From an uncultured virus (IMG/VR IMGVR_UViG_3300047491_000541) (Duplodnaviria; Heunggongvirae; Uroviricota; Caudoviricetes): a DNA stretch of 20,000 bases. Position 1 is the first letter of the stretch, and each line of letters opens with the position of its first letter. The notes beneath the pieces were generated by a model. That model had not been told where the DNA came from, ran no database searches, and saw only the letters and a program-made list of their open reading frames with translations. Shown one piece after another: positions 1 through 9,214 of this stretch. Location: the IMG/VR virus record IMGVR_UViG_3300047491_000541; one strand, 5' to 3'. The translations under genes were made by a program, and so were the position numbers.

Positions 1-87
1 CCCGCGTTCAACAAGGTGCGGACATGGTTTGGGAGCAGACAGAGGTGACATCCGCTTACAGCAGTCGCCACAGTGCAGACAGTACAT
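1..87 (-). CDS. Partial CxxCGxCC cysteine-cluster (YkgJ-like) protein, runs off left edge
   Basis: Manual translation from ATG at 87 (TAATG overlap with upstream stop, GGAGGT RBS): MYCLHCGDCCKRMSPLSAPKPCPHLVERG. Confidence 0.7.
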   Translation of the reverse strand, partial: MYCLHCGDCCKRMSPLSAPKPCPHLVERG

Positions 88-563
88 TAGCGTACCTCCG
101 ATCCAGAATATACCGACAAATGGCTGGTGCCTACATCGTCCCGCCCCGGCACATCACCGGAGTTATTGCCACACATCGGGCTGTTCGCATACTCAAACCG
201 CTCGCGCATCTGTCGCACCTTGTCATGCGGCACGCCGTGTACGTTCTGCCACTCTCCACGCATCACGACTTCACGCACTTCGTAGCCGAGGCGCTTTGCC
301 ACAGCGCGATAGTATTCCATCTCCCACAGGCGGGTAAACGTGTTTGAGACGACGCACGGGCGACCGGCCTCCATCGCCTGACGTGCTTTTTCCTGACACC
401 ACTCGTGCGCCTGTTTGATCTTCTCCGGATCATATCCGCCGTTGGCGTCAAACCACTTGTCAGCCTCATAATGATCTGGAATGCCGAGCGTTTTGGCGTA
501 CGTGGTCTTTCCACTTCCCGGCACGCCGCGAATCAAATAAAGAATTCGAACAGGGGTCGTCAC
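87..563 (-). CDS. P-loop nucleotide/polynucleotide kinase (AAA_33 / N4BP2-like)
   Basis: LYLIRGVPGSGKTT Walker A, EADKWF, AHEWCQ, VVSNTF, NVHGVP motifs; GGAGGT RBS. Confidence 0.9.
   Translation of the reverse strand: MTTPVRILYLIRGVPGSGKTTYAKTLGIPDHYEADKWFDANGGYDPEKIKQAHEWCQEKARQAMEAGRPCVVSNTFTRLWEMEYYRAVAKRLGYEVREVVMRGEWQNVHGVPHDKVRQMRERFEYANSPMCGNNSGDVPGRDDVGTSHLSVYSGSEVR
169..189 (+). repeat. Conserved attI-like/half-site motif copy 1 (CCACACATCGGGCT-GTTCGCA)
   Basis: Variant of motif seen 8 times; GTT at 183. Confidence 0.7.
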
Positions 564-619
564 CGTACACCTCCCACTGCGCGTCCGGTTGCCGGTGCGC
601 CTGTGCGTTCGCCGTCTTT

Positions 620-640
620 CCGTATATCGGACTGTTGGCC
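620..640 (+). repeat. Conserved attI-like/half-site motif copy 2 (CCGTATATCGGACT-GTTGGCC)
   Basis: Matches consensus; GTT at 634, abuts stop of 640..828. Confidence 0.75.
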
Positions 641-828
641 TAGAGCAATGCTTCGCATTTTTGGTCTTTCAGAACTCCGTCTTCCGCTCGTGCCTGTCCG
701 CAGAACCCGAGAGAACACGTTAGATTCCCGCCCTCGTTTGAGAAGTGTTCGCAAATTTCGCGTTCTCCGAAATGCTCCCAGCAGTACGACCCGCTCGGAA
801 CTTTTATCGGCAGGTTGACCTTTTTCAT
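640..828 (-). CDS. Hypothetical Cys-rich protein
   Basis: AAGGAG RBS, ATGA overlap with upstream gene, 5 Cys. Confidence 0.7.
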   Translation of the reverse strand: MKKVNLPIKVPSGSYCWEHFGEREICEHFSNEGGNLTCSLGFCGQARAEDGVLKDQKCEALL

Positions 829-1121
829 GTTCTCCTTTCGCACTGGCCGATGGCTGCGAGGGCGTAGCGCAGTGCCCGTTCTAGCTTTGCCGTTTCGTGT
901 CCACGTTGTGCAAACTCATTCGCCCATTTCTCAGTCATGGCGGTCAGTTCGGTTTCGAGTTTTTGAATCCGCTCGATAGCCGCTCCTACCGTGTCGGATG
1001 ATCGCTTGTCTCCTTGACTCAGTAAGGCTCCTTGCAACTGTTGCAAGGCGCTTGTGAGGGTCAAGGACTGGCCTTGCTCTATGCTGTCCAGTTTAATAGT
1101 CGTATCCTTTTCGTTCTTCAT
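825..1121 (-). CDS. Hypothetical coiled-coil protein
   Basis: ORF track 825..1148; heptad-like IERIQKLETELTAM; start uncertain. Confidence 0.6.
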   Translation of the reverse strand: MKNEKDTTIKLDSIEQGQSLTLTSALQQLQGALLSQGDKRSSDTVGAAIERIQKLETELTAMTEKWANEFAQRGHETAKLERALRYALAAIGQCERRT

Positions 1122-1149
1122 GCCAGCACTATCGCATAACCATTTCATA

Positions 1150-1181
1150 CATACATTACCGAATTTCGGTCAGAATAAGAA
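1150..1181 (-). promoter_or_regulatory. Putative phage promoter (TTCTTA-17 bp-TAATGT) with AT-rich upstream tract
   Basis: 24/30 identical to 18421-18450; intergenic, oriented with the genes. Confidence 0.55.
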
Positions 1182-1288
1182 AAAAATTTTTCAGTTTTCA
1201 CGGTTTTACCATATAAGTGAGATTTCTCACCCCTTATGCCAGTCAATAACAATTTTTTCAATTTCTGTCGCTCGGAAGGGACCGGAAT

Positions 1289-1345
1289 CCCAAACAGGGT
1301 CTCGGAGCCTACGGGTTCCCGCGAGGTTCTAGCCCAGTGTTGGCA
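1289..1345 (+). mobile_element. attC-like site (57 bp)
   Basis: CCCAAAC-AGGGT-CTCGGAGC ... GTTCTAG-CCCAGT-GTTGGCA; 5/6-nt spacers, extra base in left L box; overlaps MTase 3' end. Confidence 0.75.
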
Positions 1346-2139
1346 CTACTGACGCGCCGCCTTGCCACCCGGCAAAACTCTTCATTCGCGTCAATTCCGA
1401 TGTACTTTCGCCCTGTCTCGTTGGCGGCTTCCGTTGTCGCGCCTGCACCGTTGTGCGGGTCAAGAACCACGTCGCCGGGGTAGGTGTAGAGTTTGATGAG
1501 CCTGCGCGGTATCTCCACCGGGAACACGGCTGGGTGTTCCTTGCAAGACGCCCCGCGCACGAACCACACGTCCAGCGTCCACGCCATCCACTCCGCCTTC
1601 GTCATATCTCCACGGACGCACAGGCCGCGCCCTTCACCTGACAACACCCGCCGACCGCGCCCGCCCTTCGAGAAAATCAGGATCGGTTCAGATGCACACC
1701 GTATGCTCGGTCCAGACGGGGAAAGGTACGTTCCCCATCCACAACCTCCGCCGCCACACCCGCCGCTTGTGTGGACGTTGTTCGAGTCCCCCTTGATCCA
1801 GATGATCTTGTCAAGCATCGTCCATCCAACAGCCTTCGCCACGGTCTTGAACTGGAAAGGAACGTCCCGACGGGGCTTCTTACCCATCCACCACGGTAAA
1901 TTGACAGCAAGGCGGCACCCTGGCCGCGTCACCCTGAAAACTTCGCCAAGCCATGCTTCCGTCTGGCTCCAGTAGTCGCCCCACGGCAGAGCATCCGACG
2001 TTGTGCCATAGTCCTTGCCGCAGTTGTAGGGCGGCGAAGTCACGGTCAGATCAATGCACTCGGATGGGAGCGAAGACAAGACGGCCAGACGGTCGCCGTG
2101 GACAATCTGCCCCAATAAAGCGGTGGAGGGTACGCTCAT
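1309..2139 (-). CDS. DNA methyltransferase, N6_N4_Mtase family, beta class
   Basis: DLTVTSPPY catalytic motif N-terminal; HPAVFP; VVLDPHNGAG SAM-binding motif; RKYIGID. Confidence 0.93.
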   Translation of the reverse strand: MSVPSTALLGQIVHGDRLAVLSSLPSECIDLTVTSPPYNCGKDYGTTSDALPWGDYWSQTEAWLGEVFRVTRPGCRLAVNLPWWMGKKPRRDVPFQFKTVAKAVGWTMLDKIIWIKGDSNNVHTSGGCGGGGCGWGTYLSPSGPSIRCASEPILIFSKGGRGRRVLSGEGRGLCVRGDMTKAEWMAWTLDVWFVRGASCKEHPAVFPVEIPRRLIKLYTYPGDVVLDPHNGAGATTEAANETGRKYIGIDANEEFCRVARRRVSSANTGLEPRGNP

Positions 2140-2167
2140 AACGGCAGAATCCTTTTGATTTCTCCTT

Positions 2168-2452
2168 TCATCGCGAATCCTTCCACGCTTTCCACGCTTT
2201 GGCGCGTGACCATGCGCCTAACTGTTTGCGGCACTTCGCGCTCGAATCACTGCAATCTGCGCCTAGCGACTTAGCAGGGCACTTCAAACAAGTCCTGTAG
2301 CCGTCAATGAGTCCAGCCAGTACCTGCACCTGCCGCTCGGCAATCTCCGCACGGGCGGTCAGGGTAGTAAGTTCTCGGTTCAGTGTATCCGCAAGCTCTC
2401 GTAATTCAACGGTCTGCTTGAATGGTTTGTCAATCTTCGGTTTCGCTCTCAT
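2168..2452 (-). CDS. Hypothetical protein (coiled coil plus CxxC)
   Basis: ORF track; CLKC and later Cys pair. Confidence 0.65.
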   Translation of the reverse strand: MRAKPKIDKPFKQTVELRELADTLNRELTTLTARAEIAERQVQVLAGLIDGYRTCLKCPAKSLGADCSDSSAKCRKQLGAWSRAKAWKAWKDSR

Positions 2453-2571
2453 CCCTTGCCTACCTTCTCTGCTGCGTGATTCTTTTCGAGAACGAACTTA
2501 ATACCCCAGTTTCCGCCCCAGAAGATCGTCTTCTAGTCGCCTTTAGTTCATCCACGCCTTGATTTCTTTTA

Positions 2572-2955
2572 TCAATCATCATCGTGTAGTTCGTCACAAA
2601 TCCGACTCGGTATCAGATCATCAAGCTCTGTACGATCATCGTCCTCGTCGTCTTTTTCACCCTCCTCGTCATCCTCGTCAACATCATTGTCCCGAGCAGA
2701 ACTCTTGATTGGTAAGTAATACCGAACATTCTTAACATCAGAGAATAGATAAGAATCCTCGTTGTCGCTCGACAAGTCCATAAAATCATTGTCCTTTATT
2801 CTCGGCCAACAAGGACCAATCTCCAAATTGTTCTTAAGCCGAATATCACAAAACTCTGGAAAAGGCTTGGTGTTTCTGAATGTTTCCCAAACCTTGCCCG
2901 GACGAACATGATTGTCTTGCATCCAATCCGCTTTGTCAAAATCACTCATAATCAC
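2572..2955 (-). CDS. Hypothetical protein with acidic C-terminus
   Basis: ORF track; GAGGAG RBS; D/E-rich tail. Confidence 0.7.
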   Translation of the reverse strand: MIMSDFDKADWMQDNHVRPGKVWETFRNTKPFPEFCDIRLKNNLEIGPCWPRIKDNDFMDLSSDNEDSYLFSDVKNVRYYLPIKSSARDNDVDEDDEEGEKDDEDDDRTELDDLIPSRICDELHDDD

Positions 2956-3019
2956 TCCTCATTTATCCCTTGTCATTCAAATCACATTACCAAATGGACG
3001 ATGAAATATAATTTATATT

Positions 3020-3292
3020 TTAAAAGTTTATAGGACCACTCCCTAAAACATAACCATCTGGATGATCGCCTACCGATTCCAATAGAGGTAAGAGCTTGGT
3101 CGAAGAGACGATCTGAGCCTCACCAGCCTCACCATACCGGATTGAAACCAGGGTAGCTCTCCGTGGAGGATCAGCAGGACTCCCGACTAGATTCTTAAAT
3201 GCCTTCTCGACACCCTGAACCTCGGCGAAAAGCTGAACATTGATCTCGCCACTCTCTTCCTCCATCAACAACACGCCTAATTCTTTTCTCAT
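3020..3292 (-). CDS. Hypothetical protein
   Basis: ATG at 3292 overlaps upstream stop (ATGA), GAGG RBS. Confidence 0.7.
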   Translation of the reverse strand: MRKELGVLLMEEESGEINVQLFAEVQGVEKAFKNLVGSPADPPRRATLVSIRYGEAGEAQIVSSTKLLPLLESVGDHPDGYVLGSGPINF

Positions 3293-3816
3293 GCACCTCT
3301 CCATTTCCAGAACCACTTTTTCTCGACCTTACGAATCATGTCTTCCACACTATATCTTGGATTACCCTCATGCCTCATCTCATCAGGAATGTCTTTCTTC
3401 AATTTTCCACGATAGAGCTTGTCCGGCAAGTTGATAACCAAACCATCATCCTGACCGGTGTTCGCATAGGCATGAATGACTCCCGGTGGAACAACCACCG
3501 TAGTCGGCTTGGATACTAAAATCGTTTTCTTGATGCCATAAGTCTTAGAAAGAAAACGCTCATCCCAAAGCCTGACAACCCACTCCCCAGTCAAAAAGAT
3601 GAATATGTCGGTTTGCTGAACATGCTCGTGTGGACCTCGCACGGTGTCCGGCTTCGTGCAAGAGATGTATGACATCGCTGGCATCACCGGAATATCCAAG
3701 TCATCCGAACGCCATACCTCCATGAGCCATCCTCGATGATCCTCATTCTTCGCGAGCAACTTGACCGAAACACCATCAATAAAATATCCAGATTTCCATT
3801 CCATTTTCCCCCCCAT
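3289..3816 (-). CDS. rmlC: dTDP-4-dehydrorhamnose 3,5-epimerase family (RmlC-like cupin)
   Basis: DHRGWLMEVWR, VRGPHEH, VVVPPGVIHAY motifs. Confidence 0.85.
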   Translation of the reverse strand: MGGKMEWKSGYFIDGVSVKLLAKNEDHRGWLMEVWRSDDLDIPVMPAMSYISCTKPDTVRGPHEHVQQTDIFIFLTGEWVVRLWDERFLSKTYGIKKTILVSKPTTVVVPPGVIHAYANTGQDDGLVINLPDKLYRGKLKKDIPDEMRHEGNPRYSVEDMIRKVEKKWFWKWRGA

Positions 3817-3840
3817 ACACTCGTTTGCCTACATCAACGA

Positions 3841-4065
3841 CTACCGTTCCATATTGTTGCTGTCCACGTCATCGTAAGCGGCCTTTAGTAAAACCTGCGC
3901 CATCTCATATACACCCTCCGGACCATACTTGCATAACAACATATCCACAGACTCAGCCTCACTTGGATTGAAAGAAACAACCTCTTTGGGCAGACGAGAT
4001 ACCGGAGAACATTCTTCGGTCACGCTACCGATTGGACCATTATAATTGCAATGTGCCATTATCAC
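3841..4065 (-). CDS. Hypothetical protein
   Basis: ORF track; coupled to upstream gene. Confidence 0.6.
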   Translation of the reverse strand: MIMAHCNYNGPIGSVTEECSPVSRLPKEVVSFNPSEAESVDMLLCKYGPEGVYEMAQVLLKAAYDDVDSNNMER

Positions 4066-4457
4066 CCTCCCTTTCGCTTTGGTTTACCTAACTTCTTTGC
4101 CTCATCCACGAAGGCATCAAGTGTTTTATTCACATATTCTTTCCAAAGGTCATTCGCTATGCGAGTCAACATCCCATTCTTCGCTATATCCTCAATCTTT
4201 ATAGGAACCCCTCCTATACGAATTTGAAGAGCCGCTAGACACTTCACAAGCATCTGCCCATCACCCTTGACCGTATGCACTAAAACGATGACTGTGGGCA
4301 GTATCCGTCCGTTTACCATGATGTCCACGGACCAATTACTTAAAGTGATCTCAGTTGCGGTGTCCCCAGCGTTGCCTTTATCATCAAAGTCCACCAGAAT
4401 GTTCTGACCCGATGGACCCAATACCACATACCCATTTGGAATGTCTGTCGCCTTCAT
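4062..4457 (-). CDS. Hypothetical protein
   Basis: ORF track; AGGGGT RBS. Confidence 0.7.
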   Translation of the reverse strand: MKATDIPNGYVVLGPSGQNILVDFDDKGNAGDTATEITLSNWSVDIMVNGRILPTVIVLVHTVKGDGQMLVKCLAALQIRIGGVPIKIEDIAKNGMLTRIANDLWKEYVNKTLDAFVDEAKKLGKPKRKGG

Positions 4458-4590
4458 TTAACCCCTATCCCATTAATCATTCAAACTGTCGTATTCTACC
4501 CCGCCTGCCAACTTCCTGATAAGAAAAAACATCATTTCCACCGCAATCAGAACATAGTCCATCTATATGTCGAACACGTAGCACGTACAT

Positions 4591-4884
4591 TCATCTAACC
4601 CTCTCATCATCGTAAACATAAACCCTCCCACCCGGAAAATTGCCGACAGACATAGTCCTGTCAAACTTGTATTCACAACGACAATACCCGTACTTCATCC
4701 ACTCTCTTAAATCACTGGCGCTCTGAAACACCGTCCTGCTCAAACATAGGGAACACTCCACCCAATACCAAGTCTCATGCCCTAAAGCCTCATTCAAAAC
4801 CATCCTAAGCCGATCTAGAGTCATGACCTTGAAAAAGGAAATCTCCCTATCTACTTCTTGCTCTGCTTGAACTATCCCGCCCAT
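4591..4884 (-). CDS. Hypothetical protein with CxxC/CxC motifs
   Basis: ORF track; VECSLC, YCRC. Confidence 0.6.
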   Translation of the reverse strand: MGGIVQAEQEVDREISFFKVMTLDRLRMVLNEALGHETWYWVECSLCLSRTVFQSASDLREWMKYGYCRCEYKFDRTMSVGNFPGGRVYVYDDERVR

Positions 4885-4999
4885 TCTTTACCTTTTTGTT
4901 TTTACTAAACCACTTGATGCTATCATACCCCTTCCGGTATCGATCTATATCCTTGACCCGACTCACTGACCCCTTGCCCGCCTCATGCTCTCCTATCAT
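4847..4999 (-). CDS. Small basic hypothetical protein
   Basis: ATG at 4999 with GAGGGGT RBS; AGKGS...YRKGYDSIKW. Confidence 0.55.
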   Translation of the reverse strand: MIGEHEAGKGSVSRVKDIDRYRKGYDSIKWFSKNKKVKNGRDSSSRARSR

Positions 5000-5230
5000 C
5001 TTACCCCTCTCCAAATAACTCTGATAAACCACTAAATCTTCCGCTTCATCCACCCATGTACAAAAATAGCCATTTTCCAAAACCTCGAAATTTTAAATTT
5101 TGAAACACCCTTTCTCTAAATATCTTCTTTCAACCATTTTACCCCATTTCCTAAAATGTAAATTTTATAAATTTCCGAAACGTAGAATAGGCCCCCGCTC
5201 TTGAAATTCATTCAGCTAGATTTATAGCTG

Positions 5231-5296
5231 TCCTATCCTATCCTATCCTGTTAAACTTACCCCTCTGATTATACCCTATCTCTGATTATACCCTAC
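5231..5296 (+). repeat. Short tandem repeats: (TCCTA)x~4 and 17-bp CTCTGATTATACCCTAY x2
   Basis: Seen at 5231-5249 and 5263-5279/5280-5296. Confidence 0.85.
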
Positions 5297-5519
5297 CCTC
5301 CGCTTTCACGATGATCCTCCCCCTCCCACAGACACCATCTCTGACGGATCTGCAGGCTTTTTATAATTTTAATGTGTTCCACCAAACTGTAAAATGAGCG
5401 TAATAATATAATAAGCATAGTTTTCGCCCTTGACGGACTACACACCATTCTACTCTGTAAATAGTTTGCAATTGAATCACTTATGAGATTTTACAAGCAT
5501 TTTTTACTTGATTCTGAAA

Positions 5520-5555
5520 GTGAGTGTAAATACCACTTTTCGTGAGTGTAAATAC
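5520..5555 (+). repeat. 14-bp direct repeat GTGAGTGTAAATAC x2, 22-bp period
   Basis: Copies at 5520-5533 and 5542-5555 in AT-rich non-coding region. Confidence 0.85.
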
Positions 5556-5635
5556 TTTCAAAAGTAAAGAAAAAAGTTTGGTTTTATACATCATAGGGGG
5601 ACTTGTAAGATTAACCCATTTTGGGTGTCACGTCC

Positions 5636-5848
5636 TCAGTAAGTCTTCGTTATCAGAACAGTTCTCTCCGAGTTTTTATCGCTAGGGATAGTGTCCTGCG
5701 GATACCACATAGTCGGCTCACTATCGAATGAAGTCAGCTTGTAGCCCTGACACCGCTTTGCAAAATGAGACTCCAACATGTGGATACATGTAATGCAATT
5801 TCTTGGATCAAAATTCCCCAGACCAACTTTGTCTTTTTTCTCCGACAT
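5636..5848 (-). CDS. Hypothetical CxxC protein
   Basis: ORF track; NCITCIH. Confidence 0.55.
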   Translation of the reverse strand: MSEKKDKVGLGNFDPRNCITCIHMLESHFAKRCQGYKLTSFDSEPTMWYPQDTIPSDKNSERTVLITKTY

Positions 5849-6386
5849 ATGCCTAGCTTTTTTGATAGTTTTTGTCTCTATTTATGTCCTTATATGATAC
5901 TACCCTTACTTTTACCCTTACTTAGTGATTATTACCCTTTCTCGCCTTCTAGGTGGGGGGGGTCAATTTCTATTAATTACAAGTGACGTATAAACTGAAG
6001 ATTTTTCTATAGTATAGGAGAACATCAATTTACAACAGCGTGTGGAAATATTATTATGGGTGTTTGATTTCGACCCATCTTTTTGGTTATTAGAGGGGTG
6101 TTGGTTTCATTGTGTCTGACTTCATGCGTCCTTTTTGGGGCATATAAGATTCGATGTCCCATCTGCGTGTTTCGGCTTAACAGGACAGAACAAGCGACCG
6201 TTGAACAAAAGGTGGAAACACCTTCATGTGTCACGGGCTACGGTAATAAATGCCCATCCAAGAACCGTTGAAGTAGATTCATGGTGGCGTTATGGTCATG
6301 CGGATGACGCTGACCACAGGCGGTGCTTCGTTTATGATATTTGGACGGGAGTATGAGGCTTTCCTGTTGCCGGGAATATTGTGGCT

Positions 6387-6923
6387 TTAATCATTGGTCC
6401 ACCTCCATTTTCTAAACAATGATTTTTGTGATTGAGCTTTAAATTCCGTATTTGTGAATGAGTGTCCGGCAGCGTTGGTATAGACTGGCAGGTTATTCGT
6501 CACATAGGCCAGATAAAATATTTTATTGACATCATTGGCAGCCAGAGCAGACGGGATAAAGGACCAGTCTACTTTGGCCATTTTGATGATTTGATCGGGA
6601 GCATTGGGGATCGGATTAGGCATAGCCTCAACGACGGTTGTATTACCGCCTCTGGCTGCGCTGAAAATCATAAGTGTGCAGATTAAGCCATAGAGGGTTT
6701 TGATTGAGAGTTTTTGCCCATTACTGGCAGTGACCATTAGGACGGCAAAGATGGCACTTAGTGACAGTGCTACGATAGCCGATGGCAAGACAGGGAAGGA
6801 CGAGCAAAGGCTCGTGGTGAAGGCCAGAACCATGGCTGAGCACGCTCCTGCCCCTACTACTGGCTTTGGACTGAGAAATTCGGACAGTTTGACTGCTTGT
6901 GAGGGTTCGACTGGTTCTGGCAT
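6387..6923 (-). CDS. Hypothetical membrane protein (about 3 TM segments)
   Basis: AAGGAG RBS; three hydrophobic stretches in N-terminal half. Confidence 0.75.
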   Translation of the reverse strand: MPEPVEPSQAVKLSEFLSPKPVVGAGACSAMVLAFTTSLCSSFPVLPSAIVALSLSAIFAVLMVTASNGQKLSIKTLYGLICTLMIFSAARGGNTTVVEAMPNPIPNAPDQIIKMAKVDWSFIPSALAANDVNKIFYLAYVTNNLPVYTNAAGHSFTNTEFKAQSQKSLFRKWRWTND

Positions 6924-6997
6924 GATTTTGGTCTCCTTGTTTTTGAGTTATCGTTCTATAGTGATAAATCGAAAAGGTCTGCCTGCAGGAGCCGAAT

Positions 6998-7273
6998 TCA
7001 GTTTAGCGTCATTCTTGGAGGATTAATTGGCGACGGCTCTGATGATTTAGATATAGCAGACTGACCATTAGGTTTGCAATAGCCTCCGCCAACGACGACC
7101 AATAATTTGACGGCAAAATACAAAAACAAAACAAAAATCAAACAGCCTAATGGCCCCCACCTGTCGTCGTCGTCTTCTGCTTCTTCTGCTTTATAGAGCC
7201 CGTACAGTTTTGCCACGTCGATGCAATGCTGACCCTCTGGAGTGGGTGGTTGTTCTGGGTTATCATCACTCAC
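6998..7273 (-). CDS. Hypothetical single-TM protein
   Basis: Probable GTG start 7273 with GAGGT RBS; acidic run then hydrophobic segment. Confidence 0.6.
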   Translation of the reverse strand: MSDDNPEQPPTPEGQHCIDVAKLYGLYKAEEAEDDDDRWGPLGCLIFVLFLYFAVKLLVVVGGGYCKPNGQSAISKSSEPSPINPPRMTLN

Positions 7274-8054
7274 TGAGATTACCTCTTCGTTGTCTCTTGC
7301 GAAAAGACCATTTATCAAAGCCATGAGATTCAGCCTTGATTTTGTCAAGAACTGGATGATCTTTTATTGATCCATCCCTTTTCACATCCCTCTTAGCCAG
7401 TTCATTTGTAAGATACCTCTCAATTGAATTAAATGCGGAAAATGGATCAATCCTCCGGTGCATCAGGACGACAGAAAGAACTGGATTTATGATAACTGAG
7501 GATGAATACTGGCATAGTCCATCCCTTCTCGCGTAATTAGCATCATCGCCCATCATTTCTGGAACACCGTCGGCATGACAGAAAATAGGGGCATTCAATT
7601 TACGATGCATTTCATCGATGGAGATTTTCTGAGCGACAGCATGACCGGGCAATTTTACGGCGGTAAAATCTATTGCGCCCCACGGCTTATCAGCTAGATC
7701 GAAAAGAGCCTTCATCCTTTTTTGGGGCGAGAAATCAAATGCATTTTTATCATTGATAATCTTGGACGGCAGATCATTATACGAGAAGACATAAGACTCC
7801 CGACCAGAAGTTGTGGTTATACGAGCCACTGGGATAGCTTTCCCGCAGAACCAAATGACAAAACCGAAAACGTCAACACCAGCAGGCTGCCTCTGAGGCT
7901 TATAAATCCGCTCGCCAAGGAGAACTGGAGAAGGAATGGCAAATTTGACATCAACTACTTTTGGTTTTCTTTCCCAAGAGTAGGTTTGATCTGACATCAT
8001 TTTATCACGAGCTAGATAGTCGTAATAGTCTTTGTATGTGCTAATTAGTTTCAC
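7266..8054 (-). CDS. Phage hypothetical protein
   Basis: 262 aa; ends MKLISTYKDYYD and HGFDKWSFRK resemble a phage hypothetical family as I recall it (not verified). Confidence 0.8.
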   Translation of the reverse strand: MKLISTYKDYYDYLARDKMMSDQTYSWERKPKVVDVKFAIPSPVLLGERIYKPQRQPAGVDVFGFVIWFCGKAIPVARITTTSGRESYVFSYNDLPSKIINDKNAFDFSPQKRMKALFDLADKPWGAIDFTAVKLPGHAVAQKISIDEMHRKLNAPIFCHADGVPEMMGDDANYARRDGLCQYSSSVIINPVLSVVLMHRRIDPFSAFNSIERYLTNELAKRDVKRDGSIKDHPVLDKIKAESHGFDKWSFRKRQRRGNLSE

Positions 8055-8512
8055 TCTTGTCTTACTTCCTGTTCGATAGGTCTATTTTCTACTAAATTGG
8101 TATGTCCATCGAGATAAAGAAAACGCACGGCATTAGTCCCCTGATAGTCCCCCGAACATACTGGACACTGAAATCTTGCATAGGTCGGAAGTCTTTTAAT
8201 GGAATCACATACTGGGCAAGCCGGACTTGAAAACTCGTCGGTTTGACAAATTGAGCAAAAAATTTGTTTGGTTGGTTCTGGATTAACTTTGAGTCCCTTA
8301 GATATGATTGACAACATCTTTTCCTTCTCCACTGGAGAGAATTCTCCTTCGGGTTTAAAGTTGACAGTCATACGGGAATAAGGCAAGGCAAGATATTGAG
8401 TGCCGTTCCCACCGACACAACCAGCCAAAATAAAACCAATAAACACGGTTGGCAACAATACCATCTTAAACATTCTCATCTTTTTATTCCTTTTTTTTAG
8501 ATAAAAACTCAT
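8051..8512 (-). CDS. Putative lipoprotein with three CxxC motifs
   Basis: Basic N-terminus, hydrophobic stretch, ILAGC lipobox; CSIC, CPVC, CPVC. Confidence 0.7.
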   Translation of the reverse strand: MSFYLKKRNKKMRMFKMVLLPTVFIGFILAGCVGGNGTQYLALPYSRMTVNFKPEGEFSPVEKEKMLSIISKGLKVNPEPTKQIFCSICQTDEFSSPACPVCDSIKRLPTYARFQCPVCSGDYQGTNAVRFLYLDGHTNLVENRPIEQEVRQE

Positions 8513-8757
8513 TCATGGTCATTATACCCCTCAGACATGTTTTTATGAGATTCTTTCTTCATCTCTCACGACGATTGTCCCTGAAGGTACTTTATAAAAC
8601 ATCCGTGGATGAATGTGATCCCATATCAATTGTTCCACATAGAACTTTACTAAAAACTACAGATTTTTCTTTAGTTTTCACAATCATGATCTTTCAGTTG
8701 ATATATCGGAAGAACAAAAAACTAAAGATTTTTCTTCACTTTTCTCATTTTACAATT

Positions 8758-9123
8758 TCATTCTGTCTGTCCAAGTGGATGCAAGATATGGATGACACCC
8801 CCTGCTGTGACGTGGAAATTTAAATGTTCAGGCAATTCTCGTAAACACAACTCTTGCAACTTAGACAGGATTGATTTCAAAAGTTCTTGACCAGACTTCA
8901 TCTTATTACTTCCACTGACATGAAGATAGAGTGTGTCATTATAATAATCCATAGAGACAATCATCCGGGTATTATCCTCAAAGTCGAAAATATTTTCCCG
9001 ATGATTTCCGGGGCGATCAGCACCCGCATTACACATCTTTTCAACGTCGTAGATTCGTTTCAGGGCAAACGGAAATCTTGCCGTCAGGTCTTGAATCGAT
9101 TCTTTTTTAAATGGCAATCCCAT
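8758..9123 (-). CDS. Hypothetical protein
   Basis: ORF track 121 aa. Confidence 0.75.
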   Translation of the reverse strand: MGLPFKKESIQDLTARFPFALKRIYDVEKMCNAGADRPGNHRENIFDFEDNTRMIVSMDYYNDTLYLHVSGSNKMKSGQELLKSILSKLQELCLRELPEHLNFHVTAGGVIHILHPLGQTE

Positions 9124-9214
9124 AAAGTAACACCTATCGGTAATATCTACAACGAACTAAGCACAATCTGAATCATAATGATGATTATGAGGAAAGTTGA
9201 TGTAATATCGTCAC

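Noticed and set aside
845..898. Possible degenerate attC at the end of 825..1121
   Set aside because: GGCCGAT matches the expected GGCCAAC only 5/7 and spacers are off; too weak to call.
6025..6386. Gene between 5848 and 6387
   Set aside because: Several short competing ORFs on both strands, none with a clear RBS or motif.
6387..6923. Holin call
   Set aside because: TM pattern is compatible but there is no adjacent endolysin or recognisable family motif.
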